The translations under genes were made by a program, and so were the position numbers. The notes under the pieces are model-generated. The model had not been told where the DNA came from, searched no databases, and saw only the letters and a program-made list of their open reading frames with translations. Shown piece by piece: positions 1 to 8,546 of a stretch of DNA of 57,614 nt (the first letter of the stretch is position 1; each line of letters starts with the position of its first letter). This stretch comes from a virus (Duplodnaviria > Caudoviricetes), in IMG/VR virus record IMGVR_UViG_3300027833_000060, positions 1 to 57,614 of that record; one strand, 5' to 3'.

Positions 1-1
1 G

Positions 2-34
2 GAAGACTTTGTCGGAGCTTCCACTACGTTCTGA
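2..34 (+). CDS. C-terminal fragment (EDFVGASTTF*), probably the end of the virion protein that begins at 57138
   Basis: Frame-2 reading ends at TGA 32-34 just before the SD (AAGGAG) of the next gene. The ORF at 57138 is open to the window end. Confidence 0.55.
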   Translation, partial: EDFVGASTTF

Positions 35-45
35 AGGAGATCGTT

Positions 46-504
46 ATGATTAACGAAAACTTGAAGCTCTCCGGCCAGCTTAACATAGTCCTGAAGGACA
101 AGGCCGGAAACGTCAAAGACTCGCGAGATTTAAAAAACCTCGTCGTAAATGCTGGACTAGCGTATATCGCGTCACGCATGAAGGACACCACTAAAGGTGC
201 GATGTCTCACATGGCTCTGGGGTCGGGTACTACTAACGCCGCAGCAAGCCAAACTGATCTTGTGACAATCTTGGGGTCGCGTGAAGCACTAGACTCCACG
301 GCTATTGCTGGGTCGAGCAGCGAGAAAGTTGTTTACGAGGCTTCGTTTGAAGCCGGAGACGCAACTGGTGCGGTAACTGAGGCCGGAATCTTCAACGCAG
401 CTACAGGCGGTGACATGCTGTGCCGTACTAAATTCAATGTGGTGAACAAGGCCGCAGACGACACGATGTCCGTAACTTGGACCATCACTCTGTCTGCATC
501 TTAA
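46..504 (+). CDS. Virion structural / tail-associated protein
   Basis: SD AAGGAG; NLVVNAG..MALGSG..TEAGIFNA motif pattern typical of phage tail-associated proteins; lies in the structural operon. Confidence 0.7.
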   Translation: MINENLKLSGQLNIVLKDKAGNVKDSRDLKNLVVNAGLAYIASRMKDTTKGAMSHMALGSGTTNAAASQTDLVTILGSREALDSTAIAGSSSEKVVYEASFEAGDATGAVTEAGIFNAATGGDMLCRTKFNVVNKAADDTMSVTWTITLSAS

Positions 505-523
505 AACGTTAGGGGTGTAATCA

Positions 524-3310
524 ATGACAACGATAACTACACGCGCTGGTAAGGGTTCGCCCCTAACTAATACTGAAGTCGATGACAACTTTTCGAACCT
601 CAATAGCGCGAAATACGAGAGTGGATCATCTGGTCCGTTATTCGCTAATACCCTTAACGTAACGTCTTCGGGCGGATCAAACTACGTTCAGGGTGACATA
701 AGGTTAAGCAGTAGCACTACAGATAGTCCCGGTGCCAGAGGTCAGGGCGTCTTCATGTTTAATGAAGGTGCTGACAAGACTTGGTACGCCGGTACTGGTT
801 ACAACGCCGGTGGTGATTACCATATTGGTTTTGTGGCAGGAGCAGCTCTAAACACGGCAGCGGCTGTAACTACAAACGCCCATATGATTTTGTACAGCAG
901 TCCTTCGATTGTCTTCAACGAAGGCAGTCAAGATATGGATTTCCGCGTTGAGAGCAACGACAACGCTAACATGATTGTGGTCGATGCGGCCACTAATTCG
1001 GTTGGCATAGGAGGTATCCCTTCTTCGTCACAGACTTTAGATGTCCATGGAAAATCTTTACATAGAACCGGTGGTTCCGACCCCGCTGCCACCGTTGCCA
1101 ACTACAATTCGGGTATGCAGTTTCTCGGCGGCAACATGCGCCTTAACATAGATGTTTCTTCCGTTTCGAACGGAGGCTCATACATTCAGACCCGTCATGC
1201 CAATGACGCGTATCCTACTGCTGTCTACAACTTAAATTTAAACCCTCTAGGCGGTTACGTCGTTCTAAACGAAGAGGGCAATTCTAACGCTGGGTTTCGC
1301 GTTGAGTCCGATAACAACAGCCATATACTGTTTGTTGATGGTGGGAATGATCGGGTTCTGTTTGGTTCCGCTTCAAATGTCGAAAACGGTTTTGTCCAAG
1401 TCCACGGAACAAAAAGTTTAGTCTCAGGGATTCCACAAGGATCGCTCAGTGTAAACGACGACACTGCGATGGGCGTTGGCGTTGGCGGTGCTATTAATTT
1501 CACTGGCAGATACCATACAAACGGAACCGCCACCAGTTTAGCCAGTGTTGAAGGATACAAGACTCTTAGTAATAACGGAAACTACGACGGCACACTTGTC
1601 TTAAAAGCAAGGGCGCATGGCGGGGACCAAGTAGACAAACTACGTCTTAACTCTACTGAAGCTGTATTTAATGAAGATGGTTTAGATACAAACTTCCGTG
1701 TTGAAAGCGATGCTTACACCCATAAGTTTTTTATTGACGCCGGTGTGAACGGCATAGGCATAGGCACGGCCACCGTCTCCACTCACCACCGTGGCTCCGG
1801 TATCGACTTTGAGTATGACGGTACAATTTACGCGGGCAGCACTTGGTGGGCCGGGGGTATGCACCTTGGTACGAACTTTGTTATTCAGACAGATGGTACG
1901 ACGCAATACAAACACGCTAATAGGCAGGCGACGAGGATAGTAAACAACTCGCAGGGCGGGTCGATAGAATTTTATTCAGTGGGTGGAGACAGTGACGCTA
2001 CGACAACCCAAGTATGGCATGATATGGCTTATTTCAGCCGTGATGACGTGGTGTTTAACAACGGCGGAGCCATTCAAAATTTCCGCGTTGAATCTAACTA
2101 CACTGCCAGTGCGCTTGCGGTAGACGGAGACACTGGTGCAGTAGAAATTGGTACTGGTATAATTGGCAGGGGCGTAACAGATAACTTCACCCTTAATGGA
2201 AAGACTCAGCCGCACTACGGTTTTAACTTGGACCCCGGCAGCGGCGTACCTATGGGTATATCTGGCTACTACGGCATCTCTATTGCGACCGCTGGGTCTG
2301 AGCGCTTAACAATCTTTAACGCCGGTACGGCTGTTTTCAACGACATTGGCGCAGACGCTGATTTCCGCGTTGAATCAGACGGCAATAGTAATGCTCTGTT
2401 CGTTGACGCGAGCGAAAACACTGTTGTATTCGGTAATACCGCTGTTAACTTAGCCTCTGGTTATGCAGCCCAAACGGGTATGGGTGTGCACGCCACCGAG
2501 GGTTATGTGCAGATTGCTTCGAATAGTACCCCTCTAACGCTTGGTAGAACAACCGCAGCCGGTCGTGGCGCACACATCGTTCTTCGAAACGCTAGTGCTG
2601 TGGTTGGCGAAATCGGGGACTACAACGGTGTTCCTTATATTGGATACACAGGTGGTTCTGGTGGCGGCATCATGTTTAATGGCGCTTCAATCGAACCTAC
2701 AGCCGTAGGCAATGCAAGAACTAATGGCGCAAATGACATAGGTAGTGGTAATTATCGTTGGCGCAATGGAATGTTTTCAGGCACAGTTCAAGCAAAATCG
2801 TTCGAGCGGATATGGAACTACGCGGACCTGACAGCATTAGATTCGGGGTACTTTTACCCCGTTAGCTTGGATCACGGTTCAGCTTCAGTACTACAAACGT
2901 TTGAACTTTTTAAGTACTACGGTAGCTATAACGGCAGCACTGGCTTGCTTGGGGCAGTCTCAATGAAAATGGATATAGCCGGATATAGTTGGGGCGGTAA
3001 CGTTATTCATAACTATGTTCATCATGCGGCTAGTACTTATAGGTCTATGCTCGGAGCAGTTACACTAAGAGGATATTACGTGCCAGTCATATGGCTTCGT
3101 GGAGGATTTGGTTATCACTGGACATCTAACAACCCGAATATAGTCGCAACCATACACTCAACTAATGCGACTTTTTATAGCTCCCCGTACAACTACACAA
3201 TAGGGCGAATAACAGACAGTGTGATGCAGGGTAAGTCTGGGTATTTAGGCGTAACACACCATAATGATATGGGGCACCAAGATACCATCTGCAACAACTG
3301 GTACACGTAA
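524..3310 (+). CDS. Tail fibre / receptor-binding protein with five FRVES repeat modules
   Basis: N-terminus TTRAGKGSPLTNTEVDDNF typical of fibre anchors; Gly/Asn/Thr-rich; repeated (F/L)Nx(6-7)FRVES motif. Confidence 0.85.
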   Translation: MTTITTRAGKGSPLTNTEVDDNFSNLNSAKYESGSSGPLFANTLNVTSSGGSNYVQGDIRLSSSTTDSPGARGQGVFMFNEGADKTWYAGTGYNAGGDYHIGFVAGAALNTAAAVTTNAHMILYSSPSIVFNEGSQDMDFRVESNDNANMIVVDAATNSVGIGGIPSSSQTLDVHGKSLHRTGGSDPAATVANYNSGMQFLGGNMRLNIDVSSVSNGGSYIQTRHANDAYPTAVYNLNLNPLGGYVVLNEEGNSNAGFRVESDNNSHILFVDGGNDRVLFGSASNVENGFVQVHGTKSLVSGIPQGSLSVNDDTAMGVGVGGAINFTGRYHTNGTATSLASVEGYKTLSNNGNYDGTLVLKARAHGGDQVDKLRLNSTEAVFNEDGLDTNFRVESDAYTHKFFIDAGVNGIGIGTATVSTHHRGSGIDFEYDGTIYAGSTWWAGGMHLGTNFVIQTDGTTQYKHANRQATRIVNNSQGGSIEFYSVGGDSDATTTQVWHDMAYFSRDDVVFNNGGAIQNFRVESNYTASALAVDGDTGAVEIGTGIIGRGVTDNFTLNGKTQPHYGFNLDPGSGVPMGISGYYGISIATAGSERLTIFNAGTAVFNDIGADADFRVESDGNSNALFVDASENTVVFGNTAVNLASGYAAQTGMGVHATEGYVQIASNSTPLTLGRTTAAGRGAHIVLRNASAVVGEIGDYNGVPYIGYTGGSGGGIMFNGASIEPTAVGNARTNGANDIGSGNYRWRNGMFSGTVQAKSFERIWNYADLTALDSGYFYPVSLDHGSASVLQTFELFKYYGSYNGSTGLLGAVSMKMDIAGYSWGGNVIHNYVHHAASTYRSMLGAVTLRGYYVPVIWLRGGFGYHWTSNNPNIVATIHSTNATFYSSPYNYTIGRITDSVMQGKSGYLGVTHHNDMGHQDTICNNWYT

Positions 3311-3321
3311 GGAGAGACGAA

Positions 3322-3576
3322 ATGAGTAGAGTACTTAACGATCCGGTTGTAGAACCACAGTTTCCCGATAATCCAGACGGAGATTTTGAGGACTTAACCG
3401 ACGATCAAAAAGCAGCTTTTGTAGCGATGAACAGTAGCGTCCATCGGGTAGGAATGGCTAAATCGTATTTAGCTAACACCGATTGGTACGTTTCAAGAAA
3501 GTCTGAAACTGGGACTGCAATACCTGAAAACATTTTAGCGCTTAGGGCGCAGGCGCGTATTGACGCGTCGGAATAA
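3322..3576 (+). CDS. Putative tail fibre assembly chaperone
   Basis: SD GGAG; YLANTDWYV..E.G..IP...LRAQAR motif; directly follows the fibre gene. Confidence 0.6.
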   Translation: MSRVLNDPVVEPQFPDNPDGDFEDLTDDQKAAFVAMNSSVHRVGMAKSYLANTDWYVSRKSETGTAIPENILALRAQARIDASE

Positions 3577-3610
3577 CTATTTTTAACCAGCCGGATAGGA
3601 GAAAAGAACG

Positions 3611-3964
3611 ATGGCTATAACTGTAACTTGGTCCGTACAGGACATGAAAAGAGATGTCGCCTCAGGCGGCGTTAAAACGGTGTACTGGCAGTGTATTGCT
3701 GCTGATGACACTCACACTGAGTGCATTGCCACTGAAGGTGGAAAACTACTACTTGAGCCAGATGTTTCTGCTGAAGGTTTCGTGGCGTACGCTGACTTGA
3801 CCGAAACAGTCGTTCTGGGGTGGGTTTGCACCAGCTTGATCCAAGGCGAAGAAACTGCGGACGAAGCAAAAGCTCGTATCGCTGCAAACCGTACCGGTAA
3901 GGTAGAAGCGCAGGTGGCACGTAAAACTGCCGAAGCAAATGGCACCCCTTGGGCTGCTGAATAA
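3611..3964 (+). CDS. Tail-fibre-associated hypothetical protein (similar to 17524..17871)
   Basis: SD AGGAG; W...(F)VAYADLTETVVLGWV motif common next to marine phage fibres. Confidence 0.6.
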   Translation: MAITVTWSVQDMKRDVASGGVKTVYWQCIAADDTHTECIATEGGKLLLEPDVSAEGFVAYADLTETVVLGWVCTSLIQGEETADEAKARIAANRTGKVEAQVARKTAEANGTPWAAE

Positions 3965-3991
3965 AACGTAACTTAACTTAGGAGACTTATA

Positions 3992-4213
3992 ATGGCTAAA
4001 GACGAAAAGAAAACCATTACTGTTAACGACAAAACACATAATATTGAAGACTTAAACGAGCAACAGGTTGCTATGGTTAACCACCTACAAGACCTTGAGC
4101 GCAAACTAGGTAACGCCCGATTTAATGTGGACCAGCTTAGCGTTGGTAAAGAGGCTTTTATCAAACTGTTGGAAGAGTCATTAGAAGCCCAAACGGTCGT
4201 AGCAGCGGAATAG
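3992..4213 (+). CDS. Small coiled-coil hypothetical protein
   Basis: SD AGGAG; operon context. Confidence 0.65.
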   Translation: MAKDEKKTITVNDKTHNIEDLNEQQVAMVNHLQDLERKLGNARFNVDQLSVGKEAFIKLLEESLEAQTVVAAE

Positions 4214-4216
4214 TGA

Positions 4217-4456
4217 ATGGAAATGGACATGTTGTGGAGTGGCAGCCTAACTGCCCTAATAGGAGTTTTAGGATTCGTCCTCCGCAACCATGTTGCTGAG
4301 CTTCAGCGTCTTCAAATTCTTCTCAACCGTACGCGGGAAGAGATGGCGAAAGAGTACGTAACGAAGCCAGAAGTACACGCCGATATTAACCGTGTTCTCG
4401 ACCGCCTCGAAAGGTTGGACGAGAAGCTCGACCGATTGGTGGAGTTAAGAAAATGA
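4217..4456 (+). CDS. Small membrane protein (N-terminal TM plus coiled coil)
   Basis: Hydrophobic LTALIGVLGFVL followed by heptads; ATGA overlap with the next gene. Confidence 0.65.
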   Translation: MEMDMLWSGSLTALIGVLGFVLRNHVAELQRLQILLNRTREEMAKEYVTKPEVHADINRVLDRLERLDEKLDRLVELRK

Positions 4457-5013
4457 AACGTGTACTTCTAGCTTTTACTCTTCTACTCCTTACGGGCGTA
4501 GCTTCTGCACAAGAAGAACCCATGGATGTTATCTACACCGATAGCACCACAAACAGCACTGTTAATACCACCGGCGAAGTTACAACAAACGTAAACTCTC
4601 CACCACCTTCAGCTGTCGCGCCTCAATTTAACGGCGGGGTCAACTCGGACCTCTGTACTGTTGGCGTCGCTGGGGCTGTTCAAACTCAAATTCTAGGTCT
4701 TTCGATGGGTTCTACCGTCAGAGACATGAACTGCGAAAAACTAAAAAATGCAAAAACTCTATATGACATGGGCATGAAAGTCGCTGCTGTGTCTGTCATG
4801 TGTCAGGACAAACGTGTCTTTGACGCTATGATGGATGCCGGTACTCCTTGCCCTTATGACGGCCTGATTGGCACTAGCGCCAAGGCTGCTTGGGAAGCCG
4901 ACCCAGAGAGACAACCGGGATCGGAAACAAAGGAGGTGCTCGATGACGACACAAAAACCCTATTGGGGACTGGTGGCGTTCTTGGCGTTTTGGCCCTGCT
5001 ACTCTTACTCTGA
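4453..5013 (+). CDS. Exported Cys-containing protein with C-terminal membrane anchor
   Basis: Sec signal peptide (MKR..ASA), four Cys, terminal GTGGVLGVLALLLLL. Confidence 0.75.
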   Translation: MKRVLLAFTLLLLTGVASAQEEPMDVIYTDSTTNSTVNTTGEVTTNVNSPPPSAVAPQFNGGVNSDLCTVGVAGAVQTQILGLSMGSTVRDMNCEKLKNAKTLYDMGMKVAAVSVMCQDKRVFDAMMDAGTPCPYDGLIGTSAKAAWEADPERQPGSETKEVLDDDTKTLLGTGGVLGVLALLLLL

Positions 5014-5830
5014 TCCTTTCACGTATGGGACAACAGGCAACGCCGTAGTCAATGGCTTCACATGGAGCATGGGCGGGCTTGTGCCTTCAGCTGCCGGATT
5101 ATCAATCAACGGTGTGATCTACCGCTATACTGCCGTTAAGAACCCCGAAGACCGTATGTTGGTGCATCTTCAGAACGAAGCCGCCGACGGCAACGGATAT
5201 ATCTTTCGCGAGACGGACGACTGGACTGGTCTGCCCGGAAATACAATCAACAAGCTCGTTTCTGTTAACAACATCCCCATAAGCCGTTGGGGAGACGGTT
5301 CCATTGAGGTTGAGGGTCAGGGTCAAGTTGTTGGCGCTACCTTGGCTTACAGCTACCAAATTGACGAGTGCTTTAACCCTCAAGCCAACCCCATATGCCC
5401 CGGATACGTTGATCCTACTCTGTTTCTGAGTGAGCAAAACCTTATAGACGCCTACGACCCCATGGAAGACGATGCCGTTTTGCAGACCTTAGAGGCCACG
5501 GCGGCGTCCTTGTATGAGGAAGAAGAAGTAGACGAGACCATCGAGTCCGAGAAAGCTAAAGCAATAAAAGATAATTTTGAAAGGGGTATGGCCGCAACGC
5601 AGAATGCGCTGACGTTGGCTACCGGTGTCTCTCAGGACAGAATACTGAACACTATGAATACAAGTGTTAACATGTACCCATATTATGCTACATCCATTAG
5701 CGGAGGAGCTTATAAAGACACCGCACGCCTTGTGGACTCGGACTTACCCGAGAACCCTCGCGGACTCCGTAATGGACTAGCTCAACAACTACTGCACACC
5801 GAGATGGTTGATGCGCAGTACAAAAACTAA
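4943..5830 (+). CDS. Exported protein (possible adhesin or minor subunit); start revised to ATG 4943
   Basis: AGGAGG at 4931-4936 before ATG 4943; signal-peptide-like N-terminus; beta-rich domain followed by CFNPQANPICPGY. Confidence 0.7.
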   Translation: MTTQKPYWGLVAFLAFWPCYSYSDPFTYGTTGNAVVNGFTWSMGGLVPSAAGLSINGVIYRYTAVKNPEDRMLVHLQNEAADGNGYIFRETDDWTGLPGNTINKLVSVNNIPISRWGDGSIEVEGQGQVVGATLAYSYQIDECFNPQANPICPGYVDPTLFLSEQNLIDAYDPMEDDAVLQTLEATAASLYEEEEVDETIESEKAKAIKDNFERGMAATQNALTLATGVSQDRILNTMNTSVNMYPYYATSISGGAYKDTARLVDSDLPENPRGLRNGLAQQLLHTEMVDAQYKN

Positions 5831-5849
5831 TGTTTAAGAGAGGATAGCC

Positions 5850-6353
5850 ATGATTAAAAATAGCCTACTTGCGGCCTCACTACTACTACTACTTGTGCCT
5901 GCCGCGCACGCAGAAGACGCTCTAATCGAGGGCAACATACAATCCAAGTGTATCATTAACACTGATGTAAATGGGGTTTATGGTAACCCTTCACCGTCTA
6001 AGCTAAGCACAATCAGCACTGACGGCGGTGTAGAACCTATTATCAGGTTTGATGTGGCTGTAGCCAACTTCTATTTGGCACGTATTACTACACCGACGAC
6101 GTTTTCAACCGCTCCCGCTTTGACGGACGTTGTGAACTGGACTGGCTCTACTGTTACTGGAGAAGTTTCTGACGCCGCCATGTCTGCATACGACGCTGCG
6201 AAAGTTGTGTACGAAGCTACCACGGAGTTTGATCTAACTGTCGCTGGCTCCACATGGTTTAAAGTTTCCTCCGTTGCCGATTACGGCTTTGGGCGTTCAT
6301 TCCCCGGAGGCACCTACCGTGCAGTTGTGCAAGCCGAGTGTATAGCACAATGA
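5850..6353 (+). CDS. Exported pilin-like (chaperone-usher fimbrial subunit-like) protein
   Basis: Signal peptide ending AHA; mature N-terminus ALIEGNIQSKCII and C-terminus GGTYRAVVQAEC resemble fimbrial subunit termini. Confidence 0.5.
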   Translation: MIKNSLLAASLLLLLVPAAHAEDALIEGNIQSKCIINTDVNGVYGNPSPSKLSTISTDGGVEPIIRFDVAVANFYLARITTPTTFSTAPALTDVVNWTGSTVTGEVSDAAMSAYDAAKVVYEATTEFDLTVAGSTWFKVSSVADYGFGRSFPGGTYRAVVQAECIAQ

Positions 6354-6736
6354 TTAAAGTGCTTTTCATGGCTGCTTTGTTTTTAGCGGGGAAAGTCTCG
6401 GCTCACGAGATGACCCCAACATACCCGGCCTTAACCCCCGCATATGTTGACGGGTTGGTTTCTGCAAAGATGACTATGTTTAACGCTAGAAAGGACGTTG
6501 ACTACTTTGAGGTAGGCGTCTTTGACAACGAGTGGGACGCTATCCCTTTCGCTGCATCTGCAAAGATTTTGCACGTGCCTTACGGGACTAAGAAGACATT
6601 TGAGATTTTTGTTCGAAACGAAGACAAGGACAGGGCTACGTTCATCTGTTCGGTTTCTAAACTTCGCACAGATAGTTCTGCCCGCGCAATCATATCCTCT
6701 AAAATATGCTCTCGAACCGACGGAGCGAGGCCATGA
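6350..6736 (+). CDS. Exported protein resembling the N-terminal domain of a pilus chaperone; start revised to ATG 6350
   Basis: ATGA overlap; signal peptide ending VSA; HEMTPT...KMTMFN...YFEVGVFD pattern like PapD-type N-domains. Confidence 0.45.
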   Translation: MIKVLFMAALFLAGKVSAHEMTPTYPALTPAYVDGLVSAKMTMFNARKDVDYFEVGVFDNEWDAIPFAASAKILHVPYGTKKTFEIFVRNEDKDRATFICSVSKLRTDSSARAIISSKICSRTDGARP

Positions 6737-7149
6737 TAAAAAAGGTTGCTCTGGCGATATGTATTACGACGCCAGTGTGGGCTGACAACAGTTCGCTTAA
6801 TCTACAGTTACCGAGCGGGCCAACCAGCTACCAATCAGACTCGTTTCGTGCGGGTAATTTGGACTGCAAGAACGCTATCGGTGGAGGCACTAACCTCGAG
6901 TTCGGCGTTACCGGAGTGCTCAACAATGTTGGGAACCCGTACGACGAGTTTAACAGGACGCCGGGGGCATCACGCGATGTCGGTGTTTACGCAAGAATTG
7001 TAATCCCTTTGGATAAGCCAAAGGAGCGCATTAACTGCAATACTCTTTACCAGCTTGAGTTGCAGCAGCGTCGTTTAGAAATTCGCAAGTTGCAGCAAGA
7101 GCTAGAGTCTCTCCGTGCGCTGCAAGGCGAAATAAGTTTCGAGAACTAA
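6733..7149 (+). CDS. Exported protein with Cys-flanked beta-hairpin and C-terminal coiled coil; start revised to ATG 6733
   Basis: ATGA overlap, SD GAGG; signal peptide ending VWA; NLEFGVTG / VGVYARIVIPL strands between two Cys. Confidence 0.7.
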   Translation: MIKKVALAICITTPVWADNSSLNLQLPSGPTSYQSDSFRAGNLDCKNAIGGGTNLEFGVTGVLNNVGNPYDEFNRTPGASRDVGVYARIVIPLDKPKERINCNTLYQLELQQRRLEIRKLQQELESLRALQGEISFEN

Positions 7150-7150
7150 T

Positions 7151-7669
7151 ATGGAAGATAGAGATTTAGGTGAAGCACTTGATAGGATTGAAACCATTCC
7201 TGACAAACGTATGCGTCTTTTTGGGATGCGGTTTTCTGTTAGCCAGCTTGGTTTGGTTGTGGGTATTCTTACTTCTGTGGTCGGCAGTCTCTATGCAGGT
7301 TTCCTCATGTACCAGAAGGTTGAGGCAGTGGCGAACCTTGACCTAGGCGAGTACCAGCAGGCTATGGATATTATGGACGCTAAGGTGGCCGGTATGTCCT
7401 CCAAAGTAGAGGAAGCGGTTGAGTACTCCCGCGATATTAAGAACGGGTTGCGCGACGACATACTTGGAATCGAAAAACAAGTAGACCGCGTGGAAGACAC
7501 TGTCCGTAACACCGAAGAGAAGGTTCGTACGCTTATTGACGATGCGGAGGTACGGTTTGAAGCCAAGCGTGAGCAACTTCGCACGTCCCAATCTGCTGAC
7601 ATGAAGGCACTTGAGGATCGTATAAACGCTAAATTACAGCGGGCGCTAGACAACCCGTTAGCTGACTAG
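7151..7669 (+). CDS. Single-TM coiled-coil membrane protein
   Basis: TM LGLVVGILTSVVGSLYAGFLMY followed by a long heptad region. Confidence 0.7.
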   Translation: MEDRDLGEALDRIETIPDKRMRLFGMRFSVSQLGLVVGILTSVVGSLYAGFLMYQKVEAVANLDLGEYQQAMDIMDAKVAGMSSKVEEAVEYSRDIKNGLRDDILGIEKQVDRVEDTVRNTEEKVRTLIDDAEVRFEAKREQLRTSQSADMKALEDRINAKLQRALDNPLAD

Positions 7670-7677
7670 GAGGACGA

Positions 7678-7971
7678 ATGGCAGAGAGTAAGAAAGACCC
7701 AAGACTAGCCCGTGCAGGGGTCGCTGGTTTTAACAAACCTAAACGAACGCCGAGCCACCCGAAGAAGTCTCACGTCGTCGTCGCTAAAGAAGGCAGCACG
7801 GTCAAGACGATCCGTTTCGGTGAGCAGGGCGCATCTACCGCTGGAAAACCCAAGGCCGGTGAAGGCGATAAGATGAAACAGAAGCGGGCCAGCTTTAAGG
7901 CGCGTCACGGTAAAAACATAGCTAAAGGCAAAATGTCGGCAGCTTACTGGGCAGATAAGGTGAAATGGTAA
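7678..7971 (+). CDS. Small, highly basic hypothetical protein
   Basis: SD AGGAGG; Lys/Arg-rich; KTIRFG..SFKARH..SAAYW motif familiar from marine phages. Confidence 0.75.
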   Translation: MAESKKDPRLARAGVAGFNKPKRTPSHPKKSHVVVAKEGSTVKTIRFGEQGASTAGKPKAGEGDKMKQKRASFKARHGKNIAKGKMSAAYWADKVKW

Positions 7972-8120
7972 TGGCTAAACAAGGTTTATACGCGAACATC
8001 CACGCCAAGAAGAAACGGATAGCCGCTGGCTCTAAAGAGACTATGCGCAAACCCGGCACTAAGGGCGCTCCCACAAAAGCTAATTTTAAACAAGCAGCTA
8101 AAACAGCGAAGAGGAAATAA
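7971..8120 (+). CDS. 49-aa basic protein (MAKQGLYANIHAKKKR...), not in ORF track
   Basis: TAATG coupling with the upstream gene; translated by hand; GLYANIHAK..KGAPT motif. Confidence 0.7.
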   Translation: MAKQGLYANIHAKKKRIAAGSKETMRKPGTKGAPTKANFKQAAKTAKRK

Positions 8121-8122
8121 CC

Positions 8123-8236
8123 ATGGCATATGCAACTAAATCAAAAGCAAAGAAGGCACCTTTTAAGACCTGTAAAGGTTGCCCCTCTCCTGCAAAATGC
8201 AAGAAAGCAGGTCGCTGTATGGGTAAGAAGAAGTGA
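8123..8236 (+). CDS. 37-aa basic Cys4 protein (CKGCPSPAKCKKAGRC), not in ORF track
   Basis: SD GAGGA; GTGA overlap with the next gene; translated by hand. Confidence 0.6.
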   Translation: MAYATKSKAKKAPFKTCKGCPSPAKCKKAGRCMGKKK

Positions 8237-8541
8237 CTTCCGAAGAATATGATATGAACGGTAACGGCAAGCTCGACCCCGAAGAGCGGGAGATGATGCT
8301 TGCTGACCGCCGTATGCGCATTGAGGATGATAACGCTCAACGCGATCAATCTAGGAAGATGATTTGGTGGGTTCTCGGCGGCATGTTGGGATACCCGTTC
8401 TTCGTCATCATAGCTAGTTTATTAGGACTAGAAGATGCCTCTGCGATCCTTGGGTCAATGGCAACTATCTACTTCCCAGCTACCAGTTTGATCTTGGGTG
8501 CCTTCTTTGGTGCTAACGCTTACCAAGCTACGAAGGAGTAA
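8233..8541 (+). CDS. Two-TM membrane protein with N-terminal EF-hand-like loop (holin-like)
   Basis: DMNGNGKLDPEE loop; two hydrophobic helices; upstream of holin and endolysin. Confidence 0.6.
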   Translation: MTSEEYDMNGNGKLDPEEREMMLADRRMRIEDDNAQRDQSRKMIWWVLGGMLGYPFFVIIASLLGLEDASAILGSMATIYFPATSLILGAFFGANAYQATKE

Positions 8542-8546
8542 AAGGT

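Noticed and set aside
6733-7669. Classical two-component spanin
   Set aside because: No lipobox Cys at a signal cleavage site and no nested o-spanin found; a non-canonical lysis role is not excluded
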